From an uncultured Alphaproteobacteria bacterium (lineage in GTDB: Bacteria > Pseudomonadota > Alphaproteobacteria > Rhizobiales > Beijerinckiaceae), in NCBI GenBank assembly GCA_963762335.1, contig CAVXKU010000019.1:19765-83764 (forward strand): a stretch of 64,000 bases of DNA, read 5' to 3'. Of the stretch, positions 53,404-64,000 are shown piece after piece. Position numbers and translations under genes: made by a program. The notes beneath the pieces were generated by a model. That model saw only the letters and a list, made by a program, of their open reading frames with translations, was not told the origin of the DNA and did no database searches. How positions within the stretch are numbered: the stretch's first letter is position 1; each line of letters begins with the position of its first letter.

Positions 53404-54878
53404 ATGCTTCGTTCAACGACGTTCAAAGCCGCTTTGCTGTTGTCTGTGGTCGCGGTCGCTCCGGCGCGCGCCGACGTGAGCCTGCTCGCGATCGGAACTC
53501 TGGACGGGAACCACCGATCTGTCGGGCCTGACCGGAACTCTGGAAAACGGCGTGCCGGCGAATATTCTGGGCGGCCTGGGCTCGGGCATCGCCTTCGCGG
53601 GCGGCGACACGTTTCTGGCGGTTCCCGACCGCGGTCCTAACGCCGTCCCGTTCAATTCGAGCGATCGACAATACGGCCTCGTACATCAATCGGTTTCAGA
53701 CGCTGAAACTCAATCTGACGGCGAATCCGGGCGGAGCGCTTCCCTTCACCCTCACGCCCACGCTGACCAAGACCACCCTGCTCTACAGCTCGACGCCGCT
53801 CACCTACGGAACCGGCGCCGGCCTCGGGGTCGGCCCGGGCGCGCCGGCTCAAAACACGTCGGACAAATTCTATTTCACCGGCCGGTCCGACAATTTCGGG
53901 CCCGGCGGTTCTTCGGTGACCACGAACGCGCGCTTCGATCCGGAATCGGTTCGCGTCTCCAATGACGGAAAGTCCGTCTTCATCTCCGACGAATACGGCC
54001 CCTATGTGCGGCAGTTCGATCGCGCGACCGGGCAATTGATCAAGACCTTCACTCTGCCCAGCAATCTCTCTGTCGCATTTCAGTCGCCCCAGGGCGCGGT
54101 CGAAACGAGCACCAACACGAGCGGGCGCACCGACAACAAGGGCATGGAGGGGCTTGCGCTCACGCCGGACGGCAAGACGCTGGTCGGCATCATGCAGGCG
54201 CCCCTCATTCAGGACGCCGGCAAGAGCAATCCGGCCAACAAGACCGTTCGCATCGTGACGATCGACATCGCGAGCGGCGCCACCAAGGAATACGCCTACA
54301 ACCTGACTTCGGGCTCGGGCGTGAGCGACATCGTGGCGCTCAACGATCACCAGTTCCTTGTCGACGAGCGCGACGGGCATGGCCGCGCCGACGGCAGCGA
54401 CGCGGTCGCGAAGCAGCTGTTCATCATCGACACCAACGGGGCGACGGACGTGACCGACCTCTCGGGAGAGGCCCTCAAGGACGCCGCCATCCCGAAGAGC
54501 GGCCCGTTCCTCGATATCGTGGCGGCGCTTGGAGCGAACGGCATTCCCCCGTCCGAGGTGCCGGCCAAGATTGAAGGCTTGGCCTTCGGACAGGACGTCA
54601 CAGTCGATGGCAAGGTCGAGCACACGCTCTACGTCTCCAACGACAACGACTTCCTTTCGCAAGTCCCGTTGGCCGATGGCACGATGGTCGACAATCCGAA
54701 CCAGTTCTTCGTGTTCGGCTTCACCGACGCGGATTTGGCGAAGTTCGGCGTTGAAGATTTCGACCCGCAGGACGTCGCCGCCGTTCCCGAGCCCTCCACT
54801 TGGGCGATGATGATTTTGGGCTTTCTGGGGCTCGGCTTCGCGGCTCGCCGCAAGGGCGCAGCCCTGCGCGCGGGCTGA
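53404..54878 (+). CDS. Esterase-like-activity-of-phytase family protein with PEP-CTERM tail; indels near 53510 and 53660
   Basis: Signal peptide, GLGSG, DRGPN, DPES, SDEYGP, NKGMEGL, KIEGL, NDNDF; VPEPSTWAMMILGFLGLGFAARRK. Confidence 0.88.
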
Positions 54879-54904
54879 CCAACCTCTTCTCTCTGAAGGA
54901 AGGA

Positions 54905-54934
54905 AAGGCCGCATCCAACGATGCGGCCTTTTTT
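54905..54934 (+). terminator. Rho-independent terminator
   Basis: AAGGCCGCATC-caac-GATGCGGCCTT followed by a T-run. Confidence 0.85.
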
Positions 54935-55095
54935 CATGGGAGACTTCGAGCGGCGCGCGGGCGTTTCGGCGCCGGCGTTCCTCGGAACGAAGCGACCGCG
55001 CTTGACAGTCAAGTTGCGGGCGGACTTACTCGACTGAGCCGGTTAGTTTCTCGGGGCGCGCTCGGGAGCCGCTCGCGCCAAACGGAGGTCAGCAT

Positions 55096-56110
55096 ATGGT
55101 CGGTCGCATCACGCTCATGACGTCGGCGGCTTTAGCCGGAAGTCTTCTCGCTTCCGTCGCGGCCACCGCGGCCGACACCGTCAAGCCCGCCGTTCTCTAT
55201 GATCTTGGCGGCAAGTTCGACAAATCGTTCAACGAGGGCGTGTTCAACGGCGCAACAAAGTTCAAGAAGGAGACCGGCGTCGATTTCCGCGACATCGAGA
55301 TCCAGAACGAGGCGCAGCGCGAGCAGGTTCTCCGCAAGTTCTCCAAGGACGGCTTCTCGCCGATCATGACCGTCGGCTTCGCCTGGGAGACCGCGCTGAA
55401 GAAAATCGCGCCGGAATATCCCAACACGAAATTCGGCATCATCGATGACGTGGTCGACCTGCCCAACGTCCAGTCGGTCGTGTTCAAGGAGCATGAGGGC
55501 TCGTTCGTCGTCGGCGTGATCGCGGCCGATACGTCAAAGACCGGCAAGGTCGGCTTCGTCGGCGGCATGGACATTCCGTTGATTTCGAAGTTCGAATGCG
55601 GCTACGCGCAGGGCGTCAAATACGCTTCCGACGGCAAGGCGGAAGTCTTCGCCAATATGACCGGCACGACGCCAGCGGCCTGGAACGATCCGGTCAAGGG
55701 CGGCGAGCTCGCCAAGTCGCAGATGGATCGCGGCGCCGACATCGTCTACGCCGCAGCGGGCGCGACCGGCCAGGGCGTGCTGAAGGCCGCGGCGGACGCC
55801 GGCAAGTTCGGCATCGGCGTCGATTCCAACCAGAACGGCCTGTTTCCCGGCAAAATCCTGACTTCGATGCTGAAGCATGTCGACGTCGCGACCTACAAGT
55901 CGTTCATGGACGCCAAGAACGGAACCTGGAAGCCCGGCATCCTGGAGCTGGGCCTGAAGGAGGGCGGCGTCGACTACGCGGTCGACGACAACAACAAGGC
56001 CATTCTCAGCGCCGAAGTGCAGGGCCAAGGCGGACCAGGCGAAAGCCGATATCATCTCGGGCAAGATTCAGGTCCACGACTACATGTCCGACAACAAGTG
56101 CCCGTCCTGA
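55096..56110 (+). CDS. BMP-family nucleoside ABC transporter substrate-binding protein; indel near 56020
   Basis: GGKFDKSFN, FKEHEGSF, GFVGGMD, AAGATG.G, IGVDSNQ, TSMLK. Confidence 0.92.
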
Positions 56111-56151
56111 GTGGAGCGCGCTTCGACAAGGCCGTTGCTGCATTGCTGCGA

Positions 56152-56281
56152 TCGTGGCCGTCCCCGGACTTGATCCGGCGATCGAGCCGGCGATCGACGC
56201 CGACTTTCCCGCAACGCTCGCTTGGAAGCCGTAGACGAGCGGCGCCCGGTCATCGCTGTCGACAGCGATCGGCGGGTGACG
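56152..56281. repeat. Degenerate REP-like palindromic element inside the ABC operon
   Basis: CCGGacttgatCCGG and ATCGCTGTCGACAGCGAT palindromes between the binding protein and the ATPase. Confidence 0.45.
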
Positions 56282-56284
56282 AAC

Positions 56285-57821
56285 ATGGCCGCGACCGCGC
56301 CTCCCGCCATCGAACTGATCGGCATCGACAAGAGCTTCGGCCCGGTTCACGCCAACAACAACGTCAATCTCGTCGTCGAGCGCGGAATTGATCCACGGCA
56401 TCGTCGGCGAGAACGGGGCCGGCAAATCGACGTTGATGTCGATTCTCTACGGCTTCTATGAAGCCGACAGAGGCGAAATCCGCGTCAACGGCGAGCCGGT
56501 CAGAATCCGTTCCTCGCGCGAGGCGATCAGCCACGGCATCGGCATGGTGCATCAGCACTTCATGCTGGTGCCGCCGTTCAGCGTGCTCGAAAACGTGATG
56601 CTCGGCGCCGAGGGCGGGCCGCTGCTCGCCGAGGGCGCGGGCGCGATCCGCAAGCGGCTTGGCGAACTCGGGCGCGAATACGGCCTCGTCGTGGATCCCG
56701 ACGCCATCGTCGGCGAATTGTCGGTCGGCCTGCAGCAGCGCGTCGAGATCCTCAAGGCGCTGGTGCGCGGCGCCGAGATCCTCGTGCTCGACGAGCCAAC
56801 CGCGGTGCTGACGCCGGCCGAAGCCGATCAGTTGTTCGAGATGCTGCGCGTGCTGAAGCGCGAGAACAAGACCATCATCTTCATCACCCATAAGTTGCGC
56901 GAGATCATGAATCTGACCGACCGCGTGTCGGTGATGCGGCGCGGGGAGATGGTCGCGACCTTCGATACCGCGAAGACCTCGCCGCCCGAGCTCGCCGACG
57001 CGATGGTCGGGCGCAAGGTTATTCTCAAGGTCGAGAAAGGCCCGGCGCACCCCGGCGCCGTCGCGCTCGAAGCGCGCGACCTCGTGGTGCGCGACGACCG
57101 CGGAGTCGCTCGCATCGACGGCGTCTCGTTCGCCTTGCGCGAAGGCGAGATTCTTGGCGTGGCCGGCGTCGCCGGCAACGGGCAGTCCGAGCTTCTCGAG
57201 GCGCTCGCCGGCATCCGCGCGCTCAGTTCAGGCGAGATCCTCATCGAAGGCCAGCCAGTCCCGGCGCAGAGCCGCAATCCGCACATGGAACGGCTGCTCG
57301 GCGTCGGCCACGTGCCGGAAGATCGCCATCGCGTCGGGCTCGTCATGCCGTTCGAAGCCTGCGAGAGCGCGATGCTCGGATTTCATCGCGAGCCGGTTTA
57401 CGGCAAAGGCTTCTTCTATGACCGCAAGGCGATCATCGCCGACGCCGACGAGAAGATGGAGTCCTTCGACGTCCGGCCGCGCGCGCCGCTGCTCAAGACC
57501 GCCAATTTCTCCGGCGGCAATCAGCAGAAGATCGTGCTGGCGCGCGAGATCGAGCGCAATCCCAAGATCCTGCTGGTCGGGCAGCCGACCCGCGGCGTCG
57601 ACATCGGCGCGATCGAATTCATCCACAAGCGGATCGTCGCCCAGCGCGACGCCGGCAAGGCGGTGCTGCTGGTCTCGGTCGAGCTCGACGAGATCTTCGC
57701 GCTCTCCGACCGCATCATCGTGCTCTGCGGCGGACGCATCACCGGCGAGCGGCGACCCGAGGAGACCAACGCCCAGGACCTCGGCCTCTTGATGGCGGGC
57801 GTGAGCGAGCGCGCCGCATGA
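56285..57821 (+). CDS. Nucleoside ABC transporter ATP-binding protein (two NBDs); indel near 56388
   Basis: GENGAGKST, LSVGLQQRVEI, LDEPT, FSGGNQQK, QPTRGVD. Confidence 0.93.
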
Positions 57822-58927
57822 GCGCGCCGCTGAAGCCCCTGCCCGCCTGGGCGGACGTCGCGCTCATCCCGTTGATCAATGTCGCCGCGGCTTTCGTCAT
57901 CTCCGGCTTCGTCGTGCTGGCGATCGGCGAGAATCCGCTGCAAGCCGTGCAAAGCCTCGTCCTCGGCGCGCTCGGCGATCTCGAGGGGATCGGCTACACG
58001 CTGTTCTACGCGACGAGCTTCATCTTCACCGGGCTTTCGGTCGCGATCTGTTTCCACGCCGGCCTGTTCAACATCGGCACCGAGGGCCAGGCCTATATTG
58101 CCGGTCTCGGCGCGACGCTTGTCGCGCTCCATTTCGGCTTCCTGCCCGGCTATACGCTGGCCATCGCCGCGATCATCGGCGCGGCGGTGTTCGGCGCGGC
58201 TTTCGCGGCCATTCCCGGCTATCTGCAAGCCTATCGCGACAGCCACATCGTCATCACGACGATCATGTTCAATTACATCGCCTCCGCCATCATGGGCTAT
58301 GTGCTCGTCAACGTGTTGCGCAAACCGGGGCAGATGAACGCCGAGACGGCGCCGTTCCGCGACACGGCGCTCGTGCCGCAGTTCCACGAAATGCTCGCCC
58401 ATTTCGGAATCAAATGGCCGGTGACGCCCTTCAACCTCTCGTTCCTGCTCGCGCTCCTGTGCTGCCTCGCGGTCTGGCTCCTCATCTGGCGAACCCGCCT
58501 CGGCTACGAGATCCGCACGGTCGGCGCCAATCCGACCGCCGCCGTCTACGGCGGCATTTCGCCGGCCCGCGTCACGGTCATCACGACCTTGCTGTCGGGC
58601 GCGCTCGCCGGCGGAGTCGCGGCCAACGTCATCCTGGGCGACCAGCACCGGCTGATCCTCGAATTCGTCGGCGGCTTCGGCTTCGTCGGCATCGCGGTCG
58701 CGCTGATGGGGCGCGCGCATCCGGTCGGCATCATCCTCGCCGCGATCCTGTTCGGCGTCCTCTATCAGGGCGGGCAGGCGCTCTCGATCGACATGCCCAA
58801 GATCAGCCGCGACATGATCGTCGTGATCCAGGGCCTGGTCGTGCTGTTCGCCGGCGCGCTCGAGCACATGTTCCGCCGCCCTGTCGCGACCCTGCTCGCG
58901 CGGCGCACGACCCAGCCGCCGATCTGA
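57818..58927 (+). CDS. Nucleoside ABC transporter permease 1
   Basis: GLFNIG.EGQ, ITTIM.NY, GFVGIAVAL. Confidence 0.92.
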   Translation: MSAPLKPLPAWADVALIPLINVAAAFVISGFVVLAIGENPLQAVQSLVLGALGDLEGIGYTLFYATSFIFTGLSVAICFHAGLFNIGTEGQAYIAGLGATLVALHFGFLPGYTLAIAAIIGAAVFGAAFAAIPGYLQAYRDSHIVITTIMFNYIASAIMGYVLVNVLRKPGQMNAETAPFRDTALVPQFHEMLAHFGIKWPVTPFNLSFLLALLCCLAVWLLIWRTRLGYEIRTVGANPTAAVYGGISPARVTVITTLLSGALAGGVAANVILGDQHRLILEFVGGFGFVGIAVALMGRAHPVGIILAAILFGVLYQGGQALSIDMPKISRDMIVVIQGLVVLFAGALEHMFRRPVATLLARRTTQPPI

Positions 58928-58938
58928 CGGCCGGCGAC

Positions 58939-59910
58939 ATGGAATGGTTCAACGCCTTCATCGTCGTCTTCGCCTCCGGCATGCGGCTGGCCGTCCCGCT
59001 CATCCTCGCCTGCCTTGCGGGCCTGTGGTCGGAGCGATCGGGCATCGTCGACATCGGGCTTGAGGGCAAGATTCTCGTCGGCGCGTTCGCCTCGGCCGTG
59101 GGCGCGACCTTCACCGGCAGCGTGTGGCTCGGGCTCGCCGCGGGTCTCGCCTCGACTGTCGTCTTCTCGCTCATCCACGGCTACGCCTCGATCGACCAGC
59201 GCGCCAATCAGATCGTCTCCGGAACCGCGATCAACATGGTCGCAGACGGCCTCACCGCGCTCATCGGCAACGCGATCTGGTCGCAGGGCGGACGAACGCC
59301 GCAATTGCCCGCGAGCGCGCAGTTCGGCACGATCGAATTTCCTTTCGCGCGCGAGATCGGGGCGGTTCCGATCATCGGCCCGATCTACGAGCATCTGATC
59401 TCGGGCTACGATCTCATCACCTATGCCGCCTTCCTCTTGGTGCCGCTCACCTATTGGGCGCTCTACAGCACCCGCTTTGGTCTGAGACTGCGGGCGGTCG
59501 GCGAGAATCCGGCCGCGGTCGACACTGCCGGCATCTCGGTCAGGGCGATGCGCTACAGCGCGGTGATCATCTGCGGCCTTCTGGTCGGGCTTGCCGGGGT
59601 CTATCTCGTCCTGTCGCAATTGTCCTATTTCCAGCCGCACATGAGCGCGGGGCGAGGCTTCATCGCGCTCGCCGCGCTCGTCTTCGCCAAATGGCGGCCG
59701 TGGCCGGCGCTCGCGACCTGCCTCCTGTTCGGCTTCCTCGATGCGCTGGCGATCCGCCTGCAGGGAGTCGAATTGCCAATCATCGGACCCGTGCCGGTGC
59801 AGGCGATCGAGGCCCTGCCCTATATTCTCACCGTCGTGCTGCTGGCGGGCTTCATCGGCAAGGCGATCCCGCCCAGGGCGTCGGGGATTCCTTATGTCAA
59901 AGAGCGCTGA
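58939..59910 (+). CDS. Nucleoside ABC transporter permease 2
   Basis: SERSG..DIGLEG, LRAVGENP, GRGFIALAA, LPY. Confidence 0.92.
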   Translation: MEWFNAFIVVFASGMRLAVPLILACLAGLWSERSGIVDIGLEGKILVGAFASAVGATFTGSVWLGLAAGLASTVVFSLIHGYASIDQRANQIVSGTAINMVADGLTALIGNAIWSQGGRTPQLPASAQFGTIEFPFAREIGAVPIIGPIYEHLISGYDLITYAAFLLVPLTYWALYSTRFGLRLRAVGENPAAVDTAGISVRAMRYSAVIICGLLVGLAGVYLVLSQLSYFQPHMSAGRGFIALAALVFAKWRPWPALATCLLFGFLDALAIRLQGVELPIIGPVPVQAIEALPYILTVVLLAGFIGKAIPPRASGIPYVKER

Positions 59911-60312
59911 ATCGGCGCTTGCCGAACTGTTCGCGGCCGCGAAGGCGGCGCAGGCGAACGCCTATGCGCCCTATTCGCGCTTCAAGGTCGGCGCCGCGCT
60001 GCGCACGCCGGACGGCGCGATCTTTTCCGGCTGCAACGTCGAGAACGCCGCCTATCCGCAAGGAAGCTGCGCCGAAGCGGGAGCGATCGCCGCGATGGCG
60101 CTCGCAGGCGAACGCCGCATCGCGGAAATCCTGGTCGTCGGCGACGGCGACGCTTTATGCACGCCGTGCGGCGGCTGTCGCCAGCGCATCCGCGAATTCG
60201 CCGATCCTTCGACCGTCATCCATATCGCCGGCCCGGAGGGCGTGCGCGCGCGAAGTTCACTCTCGGCGAGCTGTTGCCGGAATCCTTCGGACCGGATCAT
60301 CTGGCGGTGTGA
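59894..60312 (+). CDS. cdd: Cytidine deaminase; indel near the 3' end
   Basis: AYAPYSRFKVGAA, GCNVENAAY, CAE, PCGGCRQ. Confidence 0.93.
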
Positions 60313-60321
60313 CGGCGCCGC

Positions 60322-60831
60322 TCACACCTCCCGCCAGCGGGGCTTGGACGGATCGGTGAGGGTGAAATTGATTGGCCCGATGCCGCAGATGGCGATCACC
60401 GCTGGCTCGTTGTGGCCGCGGATCACGCCGTCATAATGCGGCGTCAACGCGATGCGGCGCACATAGCTGCCGGCTTGAACTGGCACGCAGGAGGCAGGGT
60501 CGAAATCAGGACCGCTGTTGCACCACCAGGTGCCCGACAACACCATGCAATAGCGGTCGGTCGAATAAAGGTGCGGCGCGCTCATGTATCCCGGATGCCA
60601 GCGCACCAGCGTGTAATAGAGGCCGGACTGAGAGGTGGCCCCGATCAGCGGACAGCTGTCGACGCTGTTCTGGGGAAAGGACGCTTCCGTCGTCCATTGC
60701 AGCTGATCCGGCGGCGTAATGAGCGTCTGCCCCGGATTGAGCGGACTGGCCGCCGCCCCGGTGACGCCGAATGGCAGCGCCGCCATCAGCGAGGTCATGA
60801 GCAGATCGCGCCGGCTTGCTTGATGCTCCAT
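60322..60831 (-). CDS. Tat-exported cupin-fold protein
   Basis: SRRDLL twin-Arg signal; SAPH.Y..DR...VLSGTWW, PHYD. Confidence 0.75.
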   Translation of the reverse strand: MEHQASRRDLLMTSLMAALPFGVTGAAASPLNPGQTLITPPDQLQWTTEASFPQNSVDSCPLIGATSQSGLYYTLVRWHPGYMSAPHLYSTDRYCMVLSGTWWCNSGPDFDPASCVPVQAGSYVRRIALTPHYDGVIRGHNEPAVIAICGIGPINFTLTDPSKPRWREV

Positions 60832-60942
60832 ATGTCGCCTCCCTTAGAGCCGCCTTTCGGTATTTCGGCGACGACTCTATTATGCCGCAAGATGGGACGC
60901 GGGTCGAACGTCCGGTTCTCACACTTTTGCGAGGCGCACCGA

Positions 60943-61763
60943 ATGAACACTGACTCCTGACGCGGCGATCGGCGCGCTCAGGATCCATGGCCTCGACTCG
61001 TTGCCGCCCGCTCGCCATCGTGCTCGGCTCTGGTCTCGGCGCTTTCGCCGACGAAGCGCGCGACGCGGTCGCGATTTCCTACCTCGACATTCCTGGCTTT
61101 CCTGTCCCGACCGTCGAGGGCCATGCGGGGCGGCTGGTGGTCGGGACGATCGAAGGCCAGCGGGTGGCGCTGTTTCAGGGTCGTGGGCATTATTACGAGC
61201 GAGGCGATGCGAACGCGATGCGGATCGCGATCGACACGTTCCGCAAGCTCGGCGGCGAGACGGTGCTGCTCACCAACGCCGCGGGAGGGCTCAGACAGGA
61301 ATGGCGACCGCCGGCGCTGGTCGCGATCACCGATCACATCAACTTTTCCGGAATGAACCCGCTGATCGGCTATTCTGGCGCCGATCGCTTCGTGCCGCTG
61401 ACCAGGGCCTACGACCAGAGGCTCGTCGCCGCGCTCCGCGAAGCGCGCGAGACGCGCGGACATCGAGCTCAACGAGGGCGTCTACATGTGGTTTTCCGGG
61501 CCGAGCTTCGAGACGCCGGCCGAGATTCGCGCCGCGCGCATTCTCGGCGCCGATCTCGTCGGCATGTCGACCGTGCCGGAGGTGATCCTGGCGCGCCGCG
61601 CGGGCCTGCGCTGCGCCGCGGTCTCCGTCGTCACCAATTATGCCGCAGGCCTCGCCGGCGGCGACCCGAGCCATGCGGAGACGCAAGCGGTCGCGCATGA
61701 GGCCGCCGACCGTTTCAAGCGCCTGCTGCGCGGCTTCATCCGAGCCTATCGACCGCAATCGGC

Positions 61764-61767
<4 letters not shown>
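60943..61767 (+). CDS. punA: Purine-nucleoside phosphorylase (trimeric, PunA/XapA type); indels
   Basis: [46 protein letters not shown]. Confidence 0.9.
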
Positions 61768-63095
<1,328 letters not shown>

Positions 63096-63099
<4 letters not shown>

Positions 63100-64000
63100 G
63101 CGTGCTCATCGCCATTTCCGGCTGGGATCCAGCGCCCTGGCGGCGCGCATGGAAGCGCTGCTGCCGTCGCATGAGATCGTGATGCTCGGCGAGTCGTTCG
63201 ACCGCGCTTCCGTGCGCTACGCGCTGAGTTGGCGCCATCCGCCGGGCGCCCTCAAGGACCTTCCCGATCTTCAGGTGATCGTCTCGCTCGGCGCCGGCGT
63301 CGATCATCTGTTCGCCGATCCCGCTTTACCCGACAAGCCGATCGTGCGCGTGGTCGATCCCGATCTCACCAACCGCATGAGCGAATGGGTGGTCATGCAT
63401 GCGCTCGTGCACCTGCGCCAACTGCGCCGCTACGAACGCCAGCAGCGCGCAGCAGATCTGGGAAGACGACGACCAGCCAGCCGAAGGCCGCCGACGTCCA
63501 GATCGGCGTGCTCGGGCTGGGCGTGATGGGCAAGGACGCGCTGACCAAACTGACGACGCTGGGGCTTCAAGGTCGCCGGCTGGAGCGCAAGCCCAAAGTC
63601 GCTGCCCGGTTCGCCTGCTTTCGGGCGCGGAGGGCTTGAAGCCGCATCCTGGCGCAAACCGACATGCTGGTCGTCTTGCTCCCGCTGACCGCCGCGACGC
63701 GCGGCATCGTCGACGCGTCGCTCCTCGCGCAGCTCCGGCAGGGCGGCCCGCTCGGCGGCCCGATCGTCATCAATGCCGGACGCGGCGGCTTGCAGGTCGA
63801 AGCCGACATTCTCGCCGCGCTCGATTCCGGCGCGCTTCAAGGCGCCTCGATCGACGTGTTCGAGCGCGAGCCGCTGCCGAAAGGACTCACGCCTCTGGAC
63901 GCATCCGGCGGTCTATGTCAGCCCGCACAACGCAGCGATCTCGACGCCGGAGGCGATCGCCGCCTTCGCCGCCCGGCAAATCGAGGCGTTCGAACGCGGC
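63096..64000 (+). CDS. ghrA: Glyoxylate/hydroxypyruvate reductase A-like 2-hydroxyacid dehydrogenase; indels, 3' end outside window
   Basis: [44 protein letters not shown]. Confidence 0.85.

Overview
GC-rich chromosomal window from an alphaproteobacterium. Gene order and content suggest Hyphomicrobiales, possibly Beijerinckiaceae/Roseiarcus-like; this is inference only. The housekeeping backbone is prfC, dcp, recF, yqgE, a peroxiredoxin, polA, zapE, zwf, prmA, uvrC, prs and a nucleoside ABC-cdd-punA-deoA-ghrA operon. Many small accessory genes are interleaved: tandem HdeA/B-like chaperones, DUF2778, a protealysin/emfourin pair, three PEP-CTERM proteins, a DsyB-like methyltransferase, a MekAB-like BVMO/esterase pair, a desaturase/PhnD-like pair, ECF-SnoaL/SDR and ArsR-DUF1801-SRPBCC. 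More than 20 genes, including core genes such as polA, are split by single-base indels, most likely uncorrected sequencing error. I recognised no rRNA, tRNA, CRISPR array, transposase or integrase. Three signals not explained by the ORF track stand out. (1) A ~250 bp non-coding element occurs in two inverted copies (39039-39300 and 42371-42614); each has a sigma70-like promoter, an identical 26-bp core with an IHF-like site, and a hairpin with 10-bp periodicity. (2) Two integrase-less cargo islets are each bounded by a duplicated, synonymously diverged end of the host gene (mmcQ 5' end; zapE 3' end). (3) An unlisted DUF6471-like regulator sits divergent from a PEP-CTERM gene.
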